Assembly: GCA_022605425.2 (NCBI GenBank)
Contig: CM061249.1
Coordinates: 992,001 to 1,056,000 of the forward strand
Source: Hamiltosporidium tvaerminnensis FI-OER-3-3
Lineage: Eukaryota; Fungi; Microsporidia
DNA: 64,000 nt
Direction of reading: 5' to 3'
Position 1 is the first letter of the stretch. Each line of letters opens with the position of its first letter. The notes beneath the pieces were generated by a model. It saw only the letters and a list, made by a program, of their open reading frames with translations, was not told where the DNA came from and did not search any database. Position numbers and translations under genes: made by a program. Shown here piece after piece: positions 28,509 to 40,799 of this stretch.

Positions 28509-29248
28509 ATGAAGAAAGTTTCTGTACAGTTTTACAATAGTTTTTATTTTTAATGATTTATATCAGTTTTTGTTTTGGCATAGGGATGTACGATTGTGGA
28601 TGTTATGGAGTATGTGCCCATTGCAAACCATGTTATAGTAACCCATCTTTAAAGAAATCGAAACGCAAAAAAATTTCTTCTGTCAGAGCTGTGATGGTCC
28701 GTTAAAATCATCTCCTAAGAAGAAATCTGTAAAATTTAATATTATTACACCACAAGATATCAAAAGAGAGGCATGTACAGGTGTACATAAATCGACTAAT
28801 GGTTCAGAACACGGTATTTGCAATCAAACAAAAAATGAACAAAACCTAATAACTTTAAGCAAATTAAATGAGGGAAATATATGTATTCATATGAACCTTG
28901 CGGGTTTCGGCGGCAAACAACGAAAAAAAGTACCTAAACAAAAGAAGAAAGAGAGAATTCCTCAAGAGTCTGAATCAGAATCCAAGGAGGAAGAGGAAGA
29001 AGATCAAGAAGAGGTGGAAGATCAAGAAGAGGAGGAAGATCAAGAAGAGGAGGAAAAGGAAGAAAATGGTGGTTAAGAACAAAAGAAGGAGAGTGAAGAA
29101 CAAAGTGTAACTACTGTTCATCAAACGTTTCAAGCATCAAAGACAATAAGTAATGTAGGAGAATCTCCATCTACTACCGAGGCACAGATAAGTTCAAGTT
29201 CAGGCTCAAGCTTGATTTCAGTTCCCCCGACTCCGCCGATCAATTGAT
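28509..29248 (+). pseudogene. Frame-disrupted paralog 2 of the Cys-rich secreted-protein family
   Basis: MKKVSVQFYNSFY, then after -1 shifts LMIYISFCFGIGMYDCGCYGVCAHCKPC and FFCQSCDG..EGNICIHMN. Contains an acidic tract with 18-bp GAAGATCAAGAAGAGGAG repeats and an in-frame TAA at 29074, then stays open to TGA at 29246-29248. TATA element at 28479-28489. Confidence 0.75.
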
Positions 29249-31149
29249 ACAGGGGCTGGTAAATATTAAAAAAAAAATCCAATATATGTCCTTTAGTTTA
29301 GGTCGTTGAATCGTTTTTTTGTTTATAATTACGTGGGCCAATGGGTAAAGACAATTTGTTGAACATTTGTAATATATTACTTTATCTTATTTATTATTAT
29401 TTACAAGAATTCATTGGAATAAAATTCAAAGAAAAATAAATGTTATTTAAAATTGATTGCTATTTTAGGTAAAGCGGTAATTTGCAAATATTGATCTGAA
29501 GTTGCTTAAATATCAGAGACATTATATTTTGATATTTAAACTGTAAATATGTTTATTGAATCTGATTAAATACATAAAGTCCTTAATATACTATAGAATT
29601 TTAAGAGCTAACTGCAAAAAAATTAAATAAATTTATTAATTTTAACTATAATTATTGAGCTAATAATTTGCATAGTTCGGTAAGATTTATGAGTTAGTAT
29701 AATATTTTAAACTTGTAAATAAAACATTTACACATAATTAAATAAACATGAAGTATAGATAATGCGAAAACAATAAAAAAAATAAATATTGGGGCTAATG
29801 CGAGAAATTAATTGACCTTATAGTGTAAATATTTGTCATTTTCATTTTCTTTAACATAATTATTTAATTTTTCTATTTCTTTTTATTTAAATTTAAAATT
29901 AAAATTAAAATTAAAATATCATACCTTATATGGGAAATGAATAAATACTATTTAAGCGAGACGCGAAAATACTTTCATTGATAATCTTTTTATGTCATTT
30001 TGCGTGGCAAATCTAACAAATATTATTTATATGGTTTTTATCGTGTCAGACAAGTTTTAACACGATAAGGATTAAAAAAATGTTTTTTTTTAGATTTTTT
30101 TAGAAATCTTTGATAGCTTAAATATGTTTTAAATAAATGAGCCTTTAAACAAAAGTTCAAACATGCCTTTTTGTATGCAGTAACACCACTAGCCGATGTA
30201 ATTTTGTTGTAAAAAATATATAACATTTGCATCATGTCAAGTCCATATTGATAAATCTAAAAGGACATCCGAGGCACTGGATTTATTGTCCACACTAGCC
30301 TATTCGCTCTTTATATACTGTTTATTGCGGCATTTATCGTTTGATACTCTATATAAGAAATATGGGTAAAATGACTCTCACAAATACTTTAATAACCTCA
30401 AAAACTTAGGGTGTATAAGTACCAGATTTAATTTTTTTTTTGACAGTTTAAATAAGGTTTACTATTCTATATTTTTTTATTGCTTACATGTTGTTTCTGA
30501 AAGTAATATTTCTTTTTTCCATATAAAACTGGGTTTAAAATCAATCAATCTTTTTCGTAATCTTCTAAAATTAGTCTTTCCAAAATCACTAAATTTAGTT
30601 TGTTTGCTGGTGTCAAATAAATAAGATAAATTATTTTATTTTTGTAAAGTTTTAGCCTTGATTTAAACTCCAGGCAAATTTGTCTATTTTATCAGATAAT
30701 TGCATTTTTTTCTGTCGAATAAACTTATTCTGATTTCTCCTGAAATTCGCAATCTGCACGATTCCTTTGTACTTGAAATTTTTTTTTCAAGAAATATAGT
30801 ACATATGCAAATTATTAATTGTCAACCCATGTTTTAAAAAAAAGATGGAGAATAAATTTAAGTAAATAAATTTTTTTGTGTAAACTTCCATATAATGAGG
30901 AGCACGGTGGTTTTTGTTTATATTCTTGTTTTTGAGGAGAATAAATATATTGTATTTTTAACGGTAAAAATTTTTATCAAAATGGAATTGATTGTGACAA
31001 ATTTGGGATTAGAAAACATAAATATCTGTAAAATTCCAAGAAATTTACAATTCAATATGCAGCGCTATCGGAAAAAAAAGTTTTTAAAACGAACAGGTGA
31101 TATAGATTGAAAACAATAAGGTATATATGTTAAACTTTCCATTAAAGAG

Positions 31150-32400
31150 GTTATAGCGGATGGTGATGCAGAAATGCAACCTAATGTTTTTGCTTCTGTA
31201 CATGTCCTAGTTATATAAGGTATAAAAACAATGCACTAGTAGATCATAAGAAAATACTGCGGACTTAAGCGAGAGAGAACGGAACCTTTCGTTAAAACAT
31301 GCCAAGATTGCTTATATTATCAACTTTTGAAGTGAAATGATGCAATTTAGATGATAGCTGCAAATTATCCATAAGAATGAATTCAGATAGATCTAGTTGT
31401 TATGCAGAAATATTCAACTGATAACGACGGCTTGGAATGATCTTAACATTTTGAAGTTACCCTATAAGTTTTTTTAGGGTACCCTTATAAACAAATTCAG
31501 TAGCCGGTTTTGCAAACAGGCTTGAAATTCTTATTTTACTTGAAGGTGCGCCTAGTATTCTACAAACAGATAATAAAATAGTTTGTACACGGACGAAACA
31601 AACAAATATATGTTGATAAAAACATTTCTTACAATAGGGGAATAACAATGCACCTATAGATCAAGGCCAAACTGGGAGATGCAACTAGAAAATTTAACGC
31701 AGGGTTGGTATAAATTTGGGAACATCGTGCCAAAAAAGATTGATGCATTTATATAAGAAACTCGTACATAGCTACAATCTAATCTCGAATGGGGCAAAAA
31801 ACCGACCTCGATGGGACCATTTGGAGGTCTTATAGCCAAAAATGCAGTGAAATACGAATAAAACGCAATAAATGAAGAATATTCTAAAGATTTGAATTAA
31901 AAGAATATCTCGACTATACAGTTCTTAAGATAGAAATATCATGTGATGAAGATATAATGGCTGTTGAGAAATAAGTATTGAAAAAAACCATATGTTTCTA
32001 ATTGTTTTGCTTAAATATCGAGACAAATATGTTGCTCGTATGAAAAATCATGCGGATGTTCACACCTGTCGCTTGAAATTTAATTTTGGTGGTGGATGCG
32101 ACTAAGGAGAAATTACGATTCCAATCAAAGACTCAAAAAAAGAAAATATGCTTCTAATGGTTTTACTTAAATATCGAGAAAAATATGTTGTTTGTATGAA
32201 AAATTATGCGGATGCTCATACCTGTCGCTTAAAATTTAATTTTGGTGGTGGATGCGACTAAACAGAAATTACGATTCGAATCAAAAGACAAAAAAAACAA
32301 AGTGACTGGCTTCTTTCGGGAAAAGCTTTGGAATTTTCTTGATAGAGGTGATAAGGATAGCTTTTAATAGGATGTGATGGTATTCAGAAAATTGTTGGCA
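31150..32400 (+). mobile_element. Decayed Gin/KRBA2-like DDE integrase transposon fossil
   Basis: Stop-riddled translation: H..GIKTM..KYCGLKRE..FVKTCQDC (H2C2 zinc finger), IQIDLV.MQKYSTDNDG, GAPSILQTDN and PIDQGQTGRCN (cf. PQSQGQIERFN) in retroviral-type integrase order. Confidence 0.7.
31991..32300 (+). repeat. Tandem duplication, 156-bp unit x2
   Basis: Units start at 31991 and 32147 and share CTTAAATATCGAGA.AAATATGTTG..ACCTGTCGCTT.AAATTTAATTTTGGTGGTGGATGCGACTAA. Confidence 0.9.
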
Positions 32401-32649
32401 AAATCGTAGAAGAAATATTATTCTGATTAATTATCTCATCTTGGCAAAAACATGAATGATTAAAACTGTTCTTTTGCACATATACGGTTTATATCTATTG
32501 CAGTAATATTTTTCTATGTTTTGTTTTAGTCAACTTCTTAATTCTTGTTTTTCTAGTAATTTCTATTCCTTAAAACAAAACGAAAATGAAAACATATTAA
32601 AAGATGAAGAAAGGGCTTAAAAAATAATCAGAATGAATAAATGAATTAT

Positions 32650-35600
32650 TTTATTTAATAAAATTTTGCGTTAAGATATTTTTTGCCATTTTTATATGTT
32701 TTCTTCTATCTCTTTAACCACTTCTGTCTCTTCTTCCAAATCCGACTCTTCATTTATGTTATTGGTCGGTTCCTCTAAAGTGGTTCCTCCTTGTGAAATA
32801 AGGGGTGCTTTATTTTTCGGTTTAAAATTTTTTGCACCATCTTCCTCTCTCTTCTCTTCTTTTAAAGAGGGTGTTGGCTCCTAGTGCATCTCTGCTCCCA
32901 TAATAACACCCATTGACGCTCTCTCCCAGCTCTCTCCGGCATTTAGTCCTGACTCAAGTCCTCTTCGTCGATCAAAGGAAATTGTTTAAACTGTCTTCTT
33001 AAGTATTATAGACTGAATGTTTGCCTCTACATTCATGGGTATTTGTAGTCTTTTAAGATGAGATTTATGGTATTTTGTCACAATACCGTCCTAGGTCATC
33101 ACATAAGGGATTATCTCAACACTACACTTATAAATAAGACCCAACTCATTGGCTAGCAGGTCATACTGCCTAAGTTTTTCAGTTTCAACTATTTGAAGTG
33201 AATCTTGGGAAGTGATTCCTACTTCAATGAGTGTTATCTTATTCTTCTTCTGATCTAAAATAAATATGTCGGGTCTGTTATTCCGAATTTTAACATCAGT
33301 TTTTATTCTGGTGTCCACTCTTATCCTTGCATACTCATTATCAAGAATTTCCTGAACTGAGTGACTCGTAATTCGTTTTGAAGCCTTAAACTTATATCTA
33401 TTTAGGAGAAGTAAGTGTATGCATCTTACCACTTCATTATGCGATCTGCTGTAGTCATAGCCTAGCATTTTTTCACATCGAGTTGCTAGATGATCTACAG
33501 TCTTACCAGACTTCCCGCAATGTTGACACACACCATCTGCTCCCCAGAATACATTTCTATCCTGGATATAGCAGAACACAGCTTCATTTCGTGGCCTAAT
33601 ATTTCCTCTCTTTAGCCATCTTGAAGAGTCACTAACACTCACAAGCTCATTTTTCCTTGCATTATATAACTTTGAATGGAGTTTTCGTTTTTCTATTTCG
33701 TTATATAGTTTTGCAAGTTGAGCTTCTTCTAAACTTTTCTTAGTGACTTCTTCTACCAACCTGTACTTTACTTTTAAGAAGCCTTTTATTAGTGCAAGAT
33801 GGGTTTTATTATTATTCTCCACCTTGAGGATTGCTGCTCGTCTAGTTGATATTGCTTTACTTTTTTCCAGACAATCCAAGAGTTGCAGAAGCATATGTTC
33901 GCTTCGCAACTAAACACTATGTAGGCCTCTTCCAAGTTCTGTTCTAGGATGATAAAAACGCTCTTTACATCCTGGGCGGAGATGTATCTTATTCTTCACA
34001 AAAACCGCACGCACTGCATCATCTAACTTAGAGAAGTCAGCCGGTTCAAGTCGAAGTACTCCTATGTGGTAGTTGATTAACGATATCGCATGGTGCTCGA
34101 TTGCAGAAAATAAATTTTTTGCGTTTAATCTAGTGTGACAAAGTCTTTCAACTCTTGCTATCAGTTGTCTTTGTACTTCTTTAAATGAGCTACGTGTTGG
34201 GATTCCTCTGCTATCTTCTATTATTCCTAAATATTTGTAAACACTAACACCTTCTAGAAGAGTAGCAGTATCTTCACAACACGTATCATTTGTGGCTGAC
34301 TTCTCTTTGTTAATCTCTAAGCCAATACCCTCTAAAAATTTATTTGCCTCGCCTGTCATAGCACTCAATGTGGAGCTGTCTTTTGCAAGGAGCTTAAGAT
34401 CATCAATAAACAAGAGATGATTAGTAGAGTGGGATTCTGCATCTGTTTGTACTGTCACTTTTGTGTATTTTTCATTAAGCTTTCGGCTTAATGGATCCAT
34501 ACACAACACAAATAACAAAGGTGACAAACTATCTCCTTGCAGAATTCCTCTATCAATCTTCTTGCTCATGATTTTTTCAGGCCCTACTGATATATCAATT
34601 TTCCATTTTGATAATATTACTTTAATAAATTTCAGGATCCAATCAGGTAAATTAAGGTTTTACAATGCATTGAGTTAAATATGCATGATCTATTGAATCA
34701 TTAGCTTTTTCAAAATCAATCCATGTTGCTTAAAGATTGTTTCCATACTCTTTTTTTATGGCAATATTAAGTATAGCCTGCTCTTTCGCTTCCTGCACAC
34801 CTCTAACTGCTCCCGACTGGTTCTCTGCAAGCAACTATCGCCTTTCCACTTCAAGTTGTACGACCTTCGTTACACACTTTGTCGTTAACTTATAGAGGTT
34901 GGACATATAAGTGATTGGCCTGTAGTCAGAGCCTCTTTGTGGAATTCCTTTTGGTATTAAATACGTAAGCCCGCAGTAAAACCAATCAGCTTGTGGTGTT
35001 CCTTCTAAACATATAACCTTCCTAATATCATAATTATGTTTGTGAAGAGTTGTAAGTTTCTTAATGAAAAAATTGTAAATACCATCAATTCCAGCAGCTT
35101 TCCAATTGGGAAGCCAATTAATGATATTTACAAATTCATCAAGTGAAGGAAACGTGGTCGGATGATTATCTGATACAAATCGAATAAAATAATCATCGTA
35201 CGTGACTGTGTTTTCATTTTTATTCCACATTGTAGACCGAAAACTTACAATTTCATCACGACTAACCACGTGCTCTAATTCCACACGCTCAGATAATCCA
35301 CAGTAAAATCGACCTCGGAAAAGCTCAAACATAAGATTCTCTTTTCAGAATTTCTTCCTACTTTCATGCATCGTAATTTTTTTCTCGTAAACATTCAAAG
35401 ACTCATTCTTCTTAACTAAAGCCTCAGAAAGATTCGTTACACTGCTCAAGTTTAAATTAAACTCTCGAATGATTTTCTTAAGGCTCTTCGTTTCCGAAGT
35501 GGAGAGCTTTTCCTGCTTACGAGCCTTCTCGAGAAGATCTTTGGAAAGTACTAACTTGGAAATTTTACTTTCTAGGTTTTCTTTTTAAGCGGATCTAGGC

Positions 35601-36400
35601 CTCTCTTTACGTGTTGCCTCGTCATAGCATACCTGGGCTGCCTGTATTATCCGTGCCACTGTAGTAATCGTCATCGGCACATAAGAATCAGCATACTCAC
35701 CGATAATTCGATTAATAAGGTCTAAAACTTTACTGTCAACCAATTCACTTAGAAGCTTTCGAGTTCGGACAACCCCTTTTCCAATTTCCTTCTCCGAGAT
35801 TTCGTTGATTTTACTCAAAAATTTATCTCCCAGGTTTATGTATTCCGTGGTGTCAGTCAGGGTGCATGGCTCAGTGAGACAAGTGGCGATTCTACGTCGC
35901 TCTCCATTCTCTTCTTGCCTTATTTCCCTTTCTGCCTCATTTTGTGCGAGTTTTTTAAACGCATCGATATCTAGTGTGCAGCCAAATTTCTCATTATAGT
36001 ACCTCAGAGTAGCGGGCCAGCCATTTCTGGGCATTCTCTCAAACCTCTTTTGCACTGCTAGAATAGCATATCTAGGCCATTCCTGCTCTACGACTATGAC
36101 AGAGTCAAGTATTGAGTGCAATACCATCAGTCGATTTTCTTCTAGAATGGCATCTGTATTGAGGTTTGTCATGCCGTTGACTGGTCCACAAGCAGTGGTA
36201 TCGGTACCAGAAGACGAGGGTATGGTGTCAACCAATCAGACTGGAATAGTCTGGCAACTACTGCTTGATAGTTGGTGGGTGGTGTTATAGAAGGTCGGTG
36301 GAGATGGAAGTCTCTCGGATAACATTGCTACATCCACATCACACATCAAAATCTCTCATGCGCTGTTCTCCAAGTTGTTTACAGCCTTTATTTTTTCATT
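32650..36400 (-). mobile_element. Near full-length RLE-type (R4/Dong-like) non-LTR retrotransposon, inactivated; originally one ~1200-codon ORF
   Basis: RT motifs WKAAGIDG, YRPIT, GILQGDSLSP, LFIDD and YKYLG, a CCHC knuckle CQHC..DHLATRC, and a restriction-like endonuclease RPDIFILD..IEVG. The four listed ORFs are pieces of one frame broken by about nine nonsense codons and one +1 frameshift near 34660. Final stop at 32692-32694. Confidence 0.93.
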
Positions 36401-36669
36401 TTTTATATTTTCGCTGTCTACTTTTTTCCTTCTACCCATAATAAATGTATTATTAATATAAAATTGCTATAATATAATATTTTTAAATCTTTCTTTGAAT
36501 TTTTTTTAACATATGGATGCAGAATGAATTCGACATTATTTCTCTTTGATACTTTGATCAAAATTAAATGGAACAAAAACTGGTATATATTATATAATTT
36601 CGCAGCCCGTAATACCCCCCTCCTATTTTTGTTTTTAATGCATCTGTAGCCTCATTTTTTCCCCACTAT

Positions 36670-36889
36670 GTCGGGTGCAGAATTGGCTTGGAGTATTCTT
36701 TCTTGTCGTAAGAGGTGACCAAAAGGGACTGGTCCTCTAGGTTGACATAGGGCAATAACACAGCTTTTACAAACCACGTTGTTACGAAACCCAAAGAAGT
36801 AAAAGAACCCACTGGGAAGGGACCGGTTGGCGGTATTACCGAGGGCGACTAAGGCTCGTACTGAGCTGTACTGCCGAGGATGATGAATC
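36670..36889 (+). mobile_element. Repeat family A copy 2
   Basis: 5' motif CAGAATTGGCTTGGAGTATTCTTTCTTGTCGTAAGAGGTGACCAAAAGGGA. 3' end GACTAAGGCTCGTACTGAGCTGTACTGCCGAGGATGATGAAT with a (GAT)n-like tail. Confidence 0.78.
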
Positions 36890-39040
36890 AAATCGAATGT
36901 AAAAACATTTTGACTAAATTCATTATTTTTTTTATATTTTAGTAAAATAAATGGTTTAATGCTTTTTGTTTTTGATTTACCATTAATTCCTCTAAACCAA
37001 AGAGAATTTAAAACTTAATTAAATCAAAATTTATTCTTGGAAAAAGCTTGAAACTAGTTTCGTTAGGAAAGCTAAATCTCATGATATTCATCTAAAATTT
37101 GTTTTAAGTTTATGATAAAAAAATTCTTTGTTTATTGTCTTTTTGACAGACCTATATTTCGCTTTTAAGTACTCGCTATTTATCGACTACATATTATTAG
37201 CGGCTATGTTAAACATTCATCATACATAATTTTCCAAAGGAACCTTTGAATACTAATTGTGTAAATTAAGCAAATGAATATATATGACCATACCGTGTTT
37301 GCATTTTCTGCTAAATTTATGACATTTGAAGCTTATAAAAGCATCAGATTCTCTATTTTTCCGTCAAAAAAATTGGCACAATTTTATTTGTTTGCAATAA
37401 ATTAAGATGCTTTGATATATTAAGAATGTATATTTTTTGCGGAAGGAAATAAAAAATACTGATTTGGCATATTTGTTATTCATTGTATTTATTTCTTCAA
37501 CTAACTTGCAGGGAGATTTTAGTTGAGCCATAAAATAAAAATTTAAATCATTTAATTCTAATTACGATAATAGGGTTTTCCTGACTTAATTAAAAAAAAA
37601 ATTTCTTAATTCTGGCCAGATAAAGAAATACTTTCTTGGCTGAATAAATTAAAAAAATTATATGTTTCTTGTTACCTTTTAATATAGACTTTCTTCTCTT
37701 GTGTGATACTTCTATAAACTATACAGGAGAAGGGAAAATTCGAAATATTTTATTTTAAATCTCAAAAAATTGTGTCCGGCATCGTTTTATTTTAATTTCA
37801 TGCATTATTATATAAATGCACTTTACAGTAAAAATAATTAACAGTGGATATAATATTCAAATTGTGTTGTTCTAAACATTTTTTTGATTTGTTTTGTTGT
37901 AGATTTAAATATTCATTGCAATAACGAAAATATGAACCAAGGTTTATAGATTTGATCATGAAAATTTGGTATATTTAAGTATAATACTATATTTGAAATC
38001 TATTAATATTTTATTTAAATTAAATGTTATTTTCAGCGAGTATAGAAGATTAAACTCTTATCTGTCCTCTAGTATTGCAATATTTATTTGTTTGTTTGCG
38101 CACTTATGCCTTTTTAAACATCTTTAATGCTGTCGGGGAGGCGGGTAAATTTGCTATAATAACATGTGTTCTTGGTTGTTTCATCAATTCTATTGTTATG
38201 TAAAGCATTTTTTTTAACAAATTTAAACTGTTTCAGTTTTATCAAGATTTTCTATCGTCAATAAATTAGTTTTGGCAAAATTACGGATTGAAAGTAAATG
38301 ATTCATGATTAAGATTTGATCACATTAGAAGATTAATTTCTTTAAAAAAAATTCGAGGCAATAAACAAAAAACTTGCATCTATTATTCTTTTATAAACAA
38401 ATAGATTTTTTTAATCCTACGATTTGTGATAGTATGAAGAAATATTATTTAATATATAGGTTTTATGAAGTCGATTATTTTTATTTTCATACCTGTAGCT
38501 TGAAATATTTAATTTGAATATTAAACTTGCCTTTTTGCTACAAAGTTATTAACTCTTCAAATTTAATTTGGATTAAAAGTGTAATTTGTTTTCTTGTCGC
38601 GAAATATAATAGAATATAACCGGTTGGTAAATATAGTTTGAATTTATATCTTTAAATTGGTTTATGGAATTTATTAACTATAAAATTTAATGAAATTCAA
38701 ATGAGATTTGAAATTCTCATAAAATTTGTCATTTGCTTTAAATAAAAGTTAATTGCGCGGCCATAAATTTCTAAATAATCTTTTGTTTTTGAATTTGTTT
38801 TGAGGACAAATAATATATAATTTATTCTTCAAAATTAATTTTTAATAAAAGGTGTTCTGTTTAGACTTTCAATAAACTAAATTTTAAGGATAACAGGGAA
38901 TTTAAAACAAATAATTCATTAAAATTAATTTGCCATAAATATTTGTAATCAAAATTATGTCTAGATTATATGTTTTACCAAGCCGAATTAAAATTATTCT
39001 AAGTTTATATTAAACTTGAAAGTATAAATACAGAAGAAAA

Positions 39041-39850
39041 ATGGCACTTATGAATCGATTTTCAGACAAATTTTATAGTTATTTTTGCTGCTTAATAATT
39101 CTTTGCTATATTTGCCTGTGTCATGAATTTTGTGACTGTGAATATTCGGAAGCAGATACACCTTGTCCATTATTTACTGCTGATCTTGAATGCCATGAGT
39201 ATACTTGCTCTGATTTTAGACTTTTAGATGAAAGCGATACATATTGTGATGATCATCATATGATCTTTCAAGATATGAGACCTTACGAAAATAATGAGTG
39301 TATAATTCCTAGTGTTTGCGAAGAATTCAAAAAATGTGTTCGCTATTGTGAACCGGAATTCCGGAAATGTGTTCGCTATTGTGAACCGGAAGTTCAAAAA
39401 TGTGTTCACTATTGTGATCCAGAAGTTAAAAAATGTATTCGCTATTGTGAGCCAGAAGTTAAAAAATGTATTCAATATCTGGAACTCGAAGTTCGAAAAT
39501 GTATTCTTTATGTAGAACCCGAAGTTAAAAAATGTATTTACTATTGTGAACCCGAAGTTCGGAAATGTATTCATTATTGCGAACCTGAATTCAAAAAATG
39601 TACACCCTGTTGCCATAAATGTTCATGTGAGAGCAAACCTAAACTAGAAAAGGTAATACATGTATTTATTCAGCGCAAATGTGGCTCTGAAGAAGACTTT
39701 GATTGTATTAAGAAATCATATTGGGAGAAAGAAAGGTCTGTTTGTTATGCTCATCGGCAAAAAGAGTGTTCTTGTGCTAACTGCCAGCGTTGCAGACCGA
39801 TTTCATGTATTCGAAATATACCCTGTAGAAGAAAATGTTCATTTTTATGA
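39041..39850 (+). CDS. Cys-rich repeat protein with predicted N-terminal signal peptide (intact family member; true start probably ATG 39050)
   Basis: Intact 269-aa ORF with 42 Cys, a hydrophobic N-terminus and eight 11-aa repeats. TATA at 39020-39030. The second ATG matches the paralog starts in spacing and sequence (MNRFSDKFY vs MKKVSVQFY). Confidence 0.88.
   Translation: MALMNRFSDKFYSYFCCLIILCYICLCHEFCDCEYSEADTPCPLFTADLECHEYTCSDFRLLDESDTYCDDHHMIFQDMRPYENNECIIPSVCEEFKKCVRYCEPEFRKCVRYCEPEVQKCVHYCDPEVKKCIRYCEPEVKKCIQYLELEVRKCILYVEPEVKKCIYYCEPEVRKCIHYCEPEFKKCTPCCHKCSCESKPKLEKVIHVFIQRKCGSEEDFDCIKKSYWEKERSVCYAHRQKECSCANCQRCRPISCIRNIPCRRKCSFL
39329..39601 (+). repeat. Coding 33-bp tandem repeat x8 (consensus KKCIxYCEPEV)
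   Basis: Directly visible AAAAAATGT.TTC.CTATTGTGAACC.GAAGTT units. Confidence 0.95.
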
Positions 39851-40799
39851 ATAAAACGTATAATACTGCTAAACATTCCCAGGGAATTTTCGTAGTGATG
39901 ATGAAAATGTTGTTATCAATAAAAAAATTAAAAAACTGAAGTGAAATATCTATAAAATTGAGTAAATTGTGTTGAGTATAAAACCGAGATGTCTTGGTTC
40001 AAAATAAATCGATGAGACATAAATATGAAAAAATTGTTTGATATACATGTGCTGTAATTCTTATTTTTAAAATTCATCACATTTAATTTTTTTCATAGGA
40101 AGAATAAACATATAAATATTTTAATAAGATTCCCAATAAATAACAAAAAATATCAATGTTATTTTCTTAAAAAAATTGCAGAAACGAATTGTAAAAACTA
40201 AGTGTATTGGGTTCCTTCTCTCTTAAGATAAATGTTTTTTCTTTTACATCAACTCTGAATATACAATCGGCGGTTTTCTAACCACAATAGCATAATTTAA
40301 TGAACTATAGATAAAAATCTTTAAAAATTTTATTTCTACATCAAAAATTCAAAATATGAAATTTTTACTGTTATCAATAAATTTAGGAATTTATACGAAG
40401 TGCACTTAAAACTGTTAAATTTTATAGGAAAGAATTTTTTATTCGATTTTTTCTTTTAAAAGATCGCTCAAAAATATTTTGGGAATGATTTCGTCGAAGA
40501 AAAATCGAAAATTATACTGTGTTGGGATAATTAAAGTCTAATTGTAAATAATTTCTATTCTAAATTTTTTTTTGTAAATTCTTAAAAAATAAAATTTTAT
40601 TCGTTTTTTTTAAAAGTAAAATACATTAGATTGTTTTCTTAATTCATATGTAGTTGTAGATTTGGAAATTTTGCTATGAATTTATTTTAATTAACTTTTT
40701 GAATAATTTTCTAAGTGATGAGAAGATATAAGCTTTTAAAATTTTCTCTTAGCAGTGATTGGGTGAAATTAATGTAAACATAATTTGGCTAAATTTACA

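Noticed and set aside
39224-39854. Overlapping and antisense ORFs in the Cys-rich gene (and similar ones over the retroelement and PKA-R)
   Set aside because: They are shadow frames of real coding or repeat sequence.
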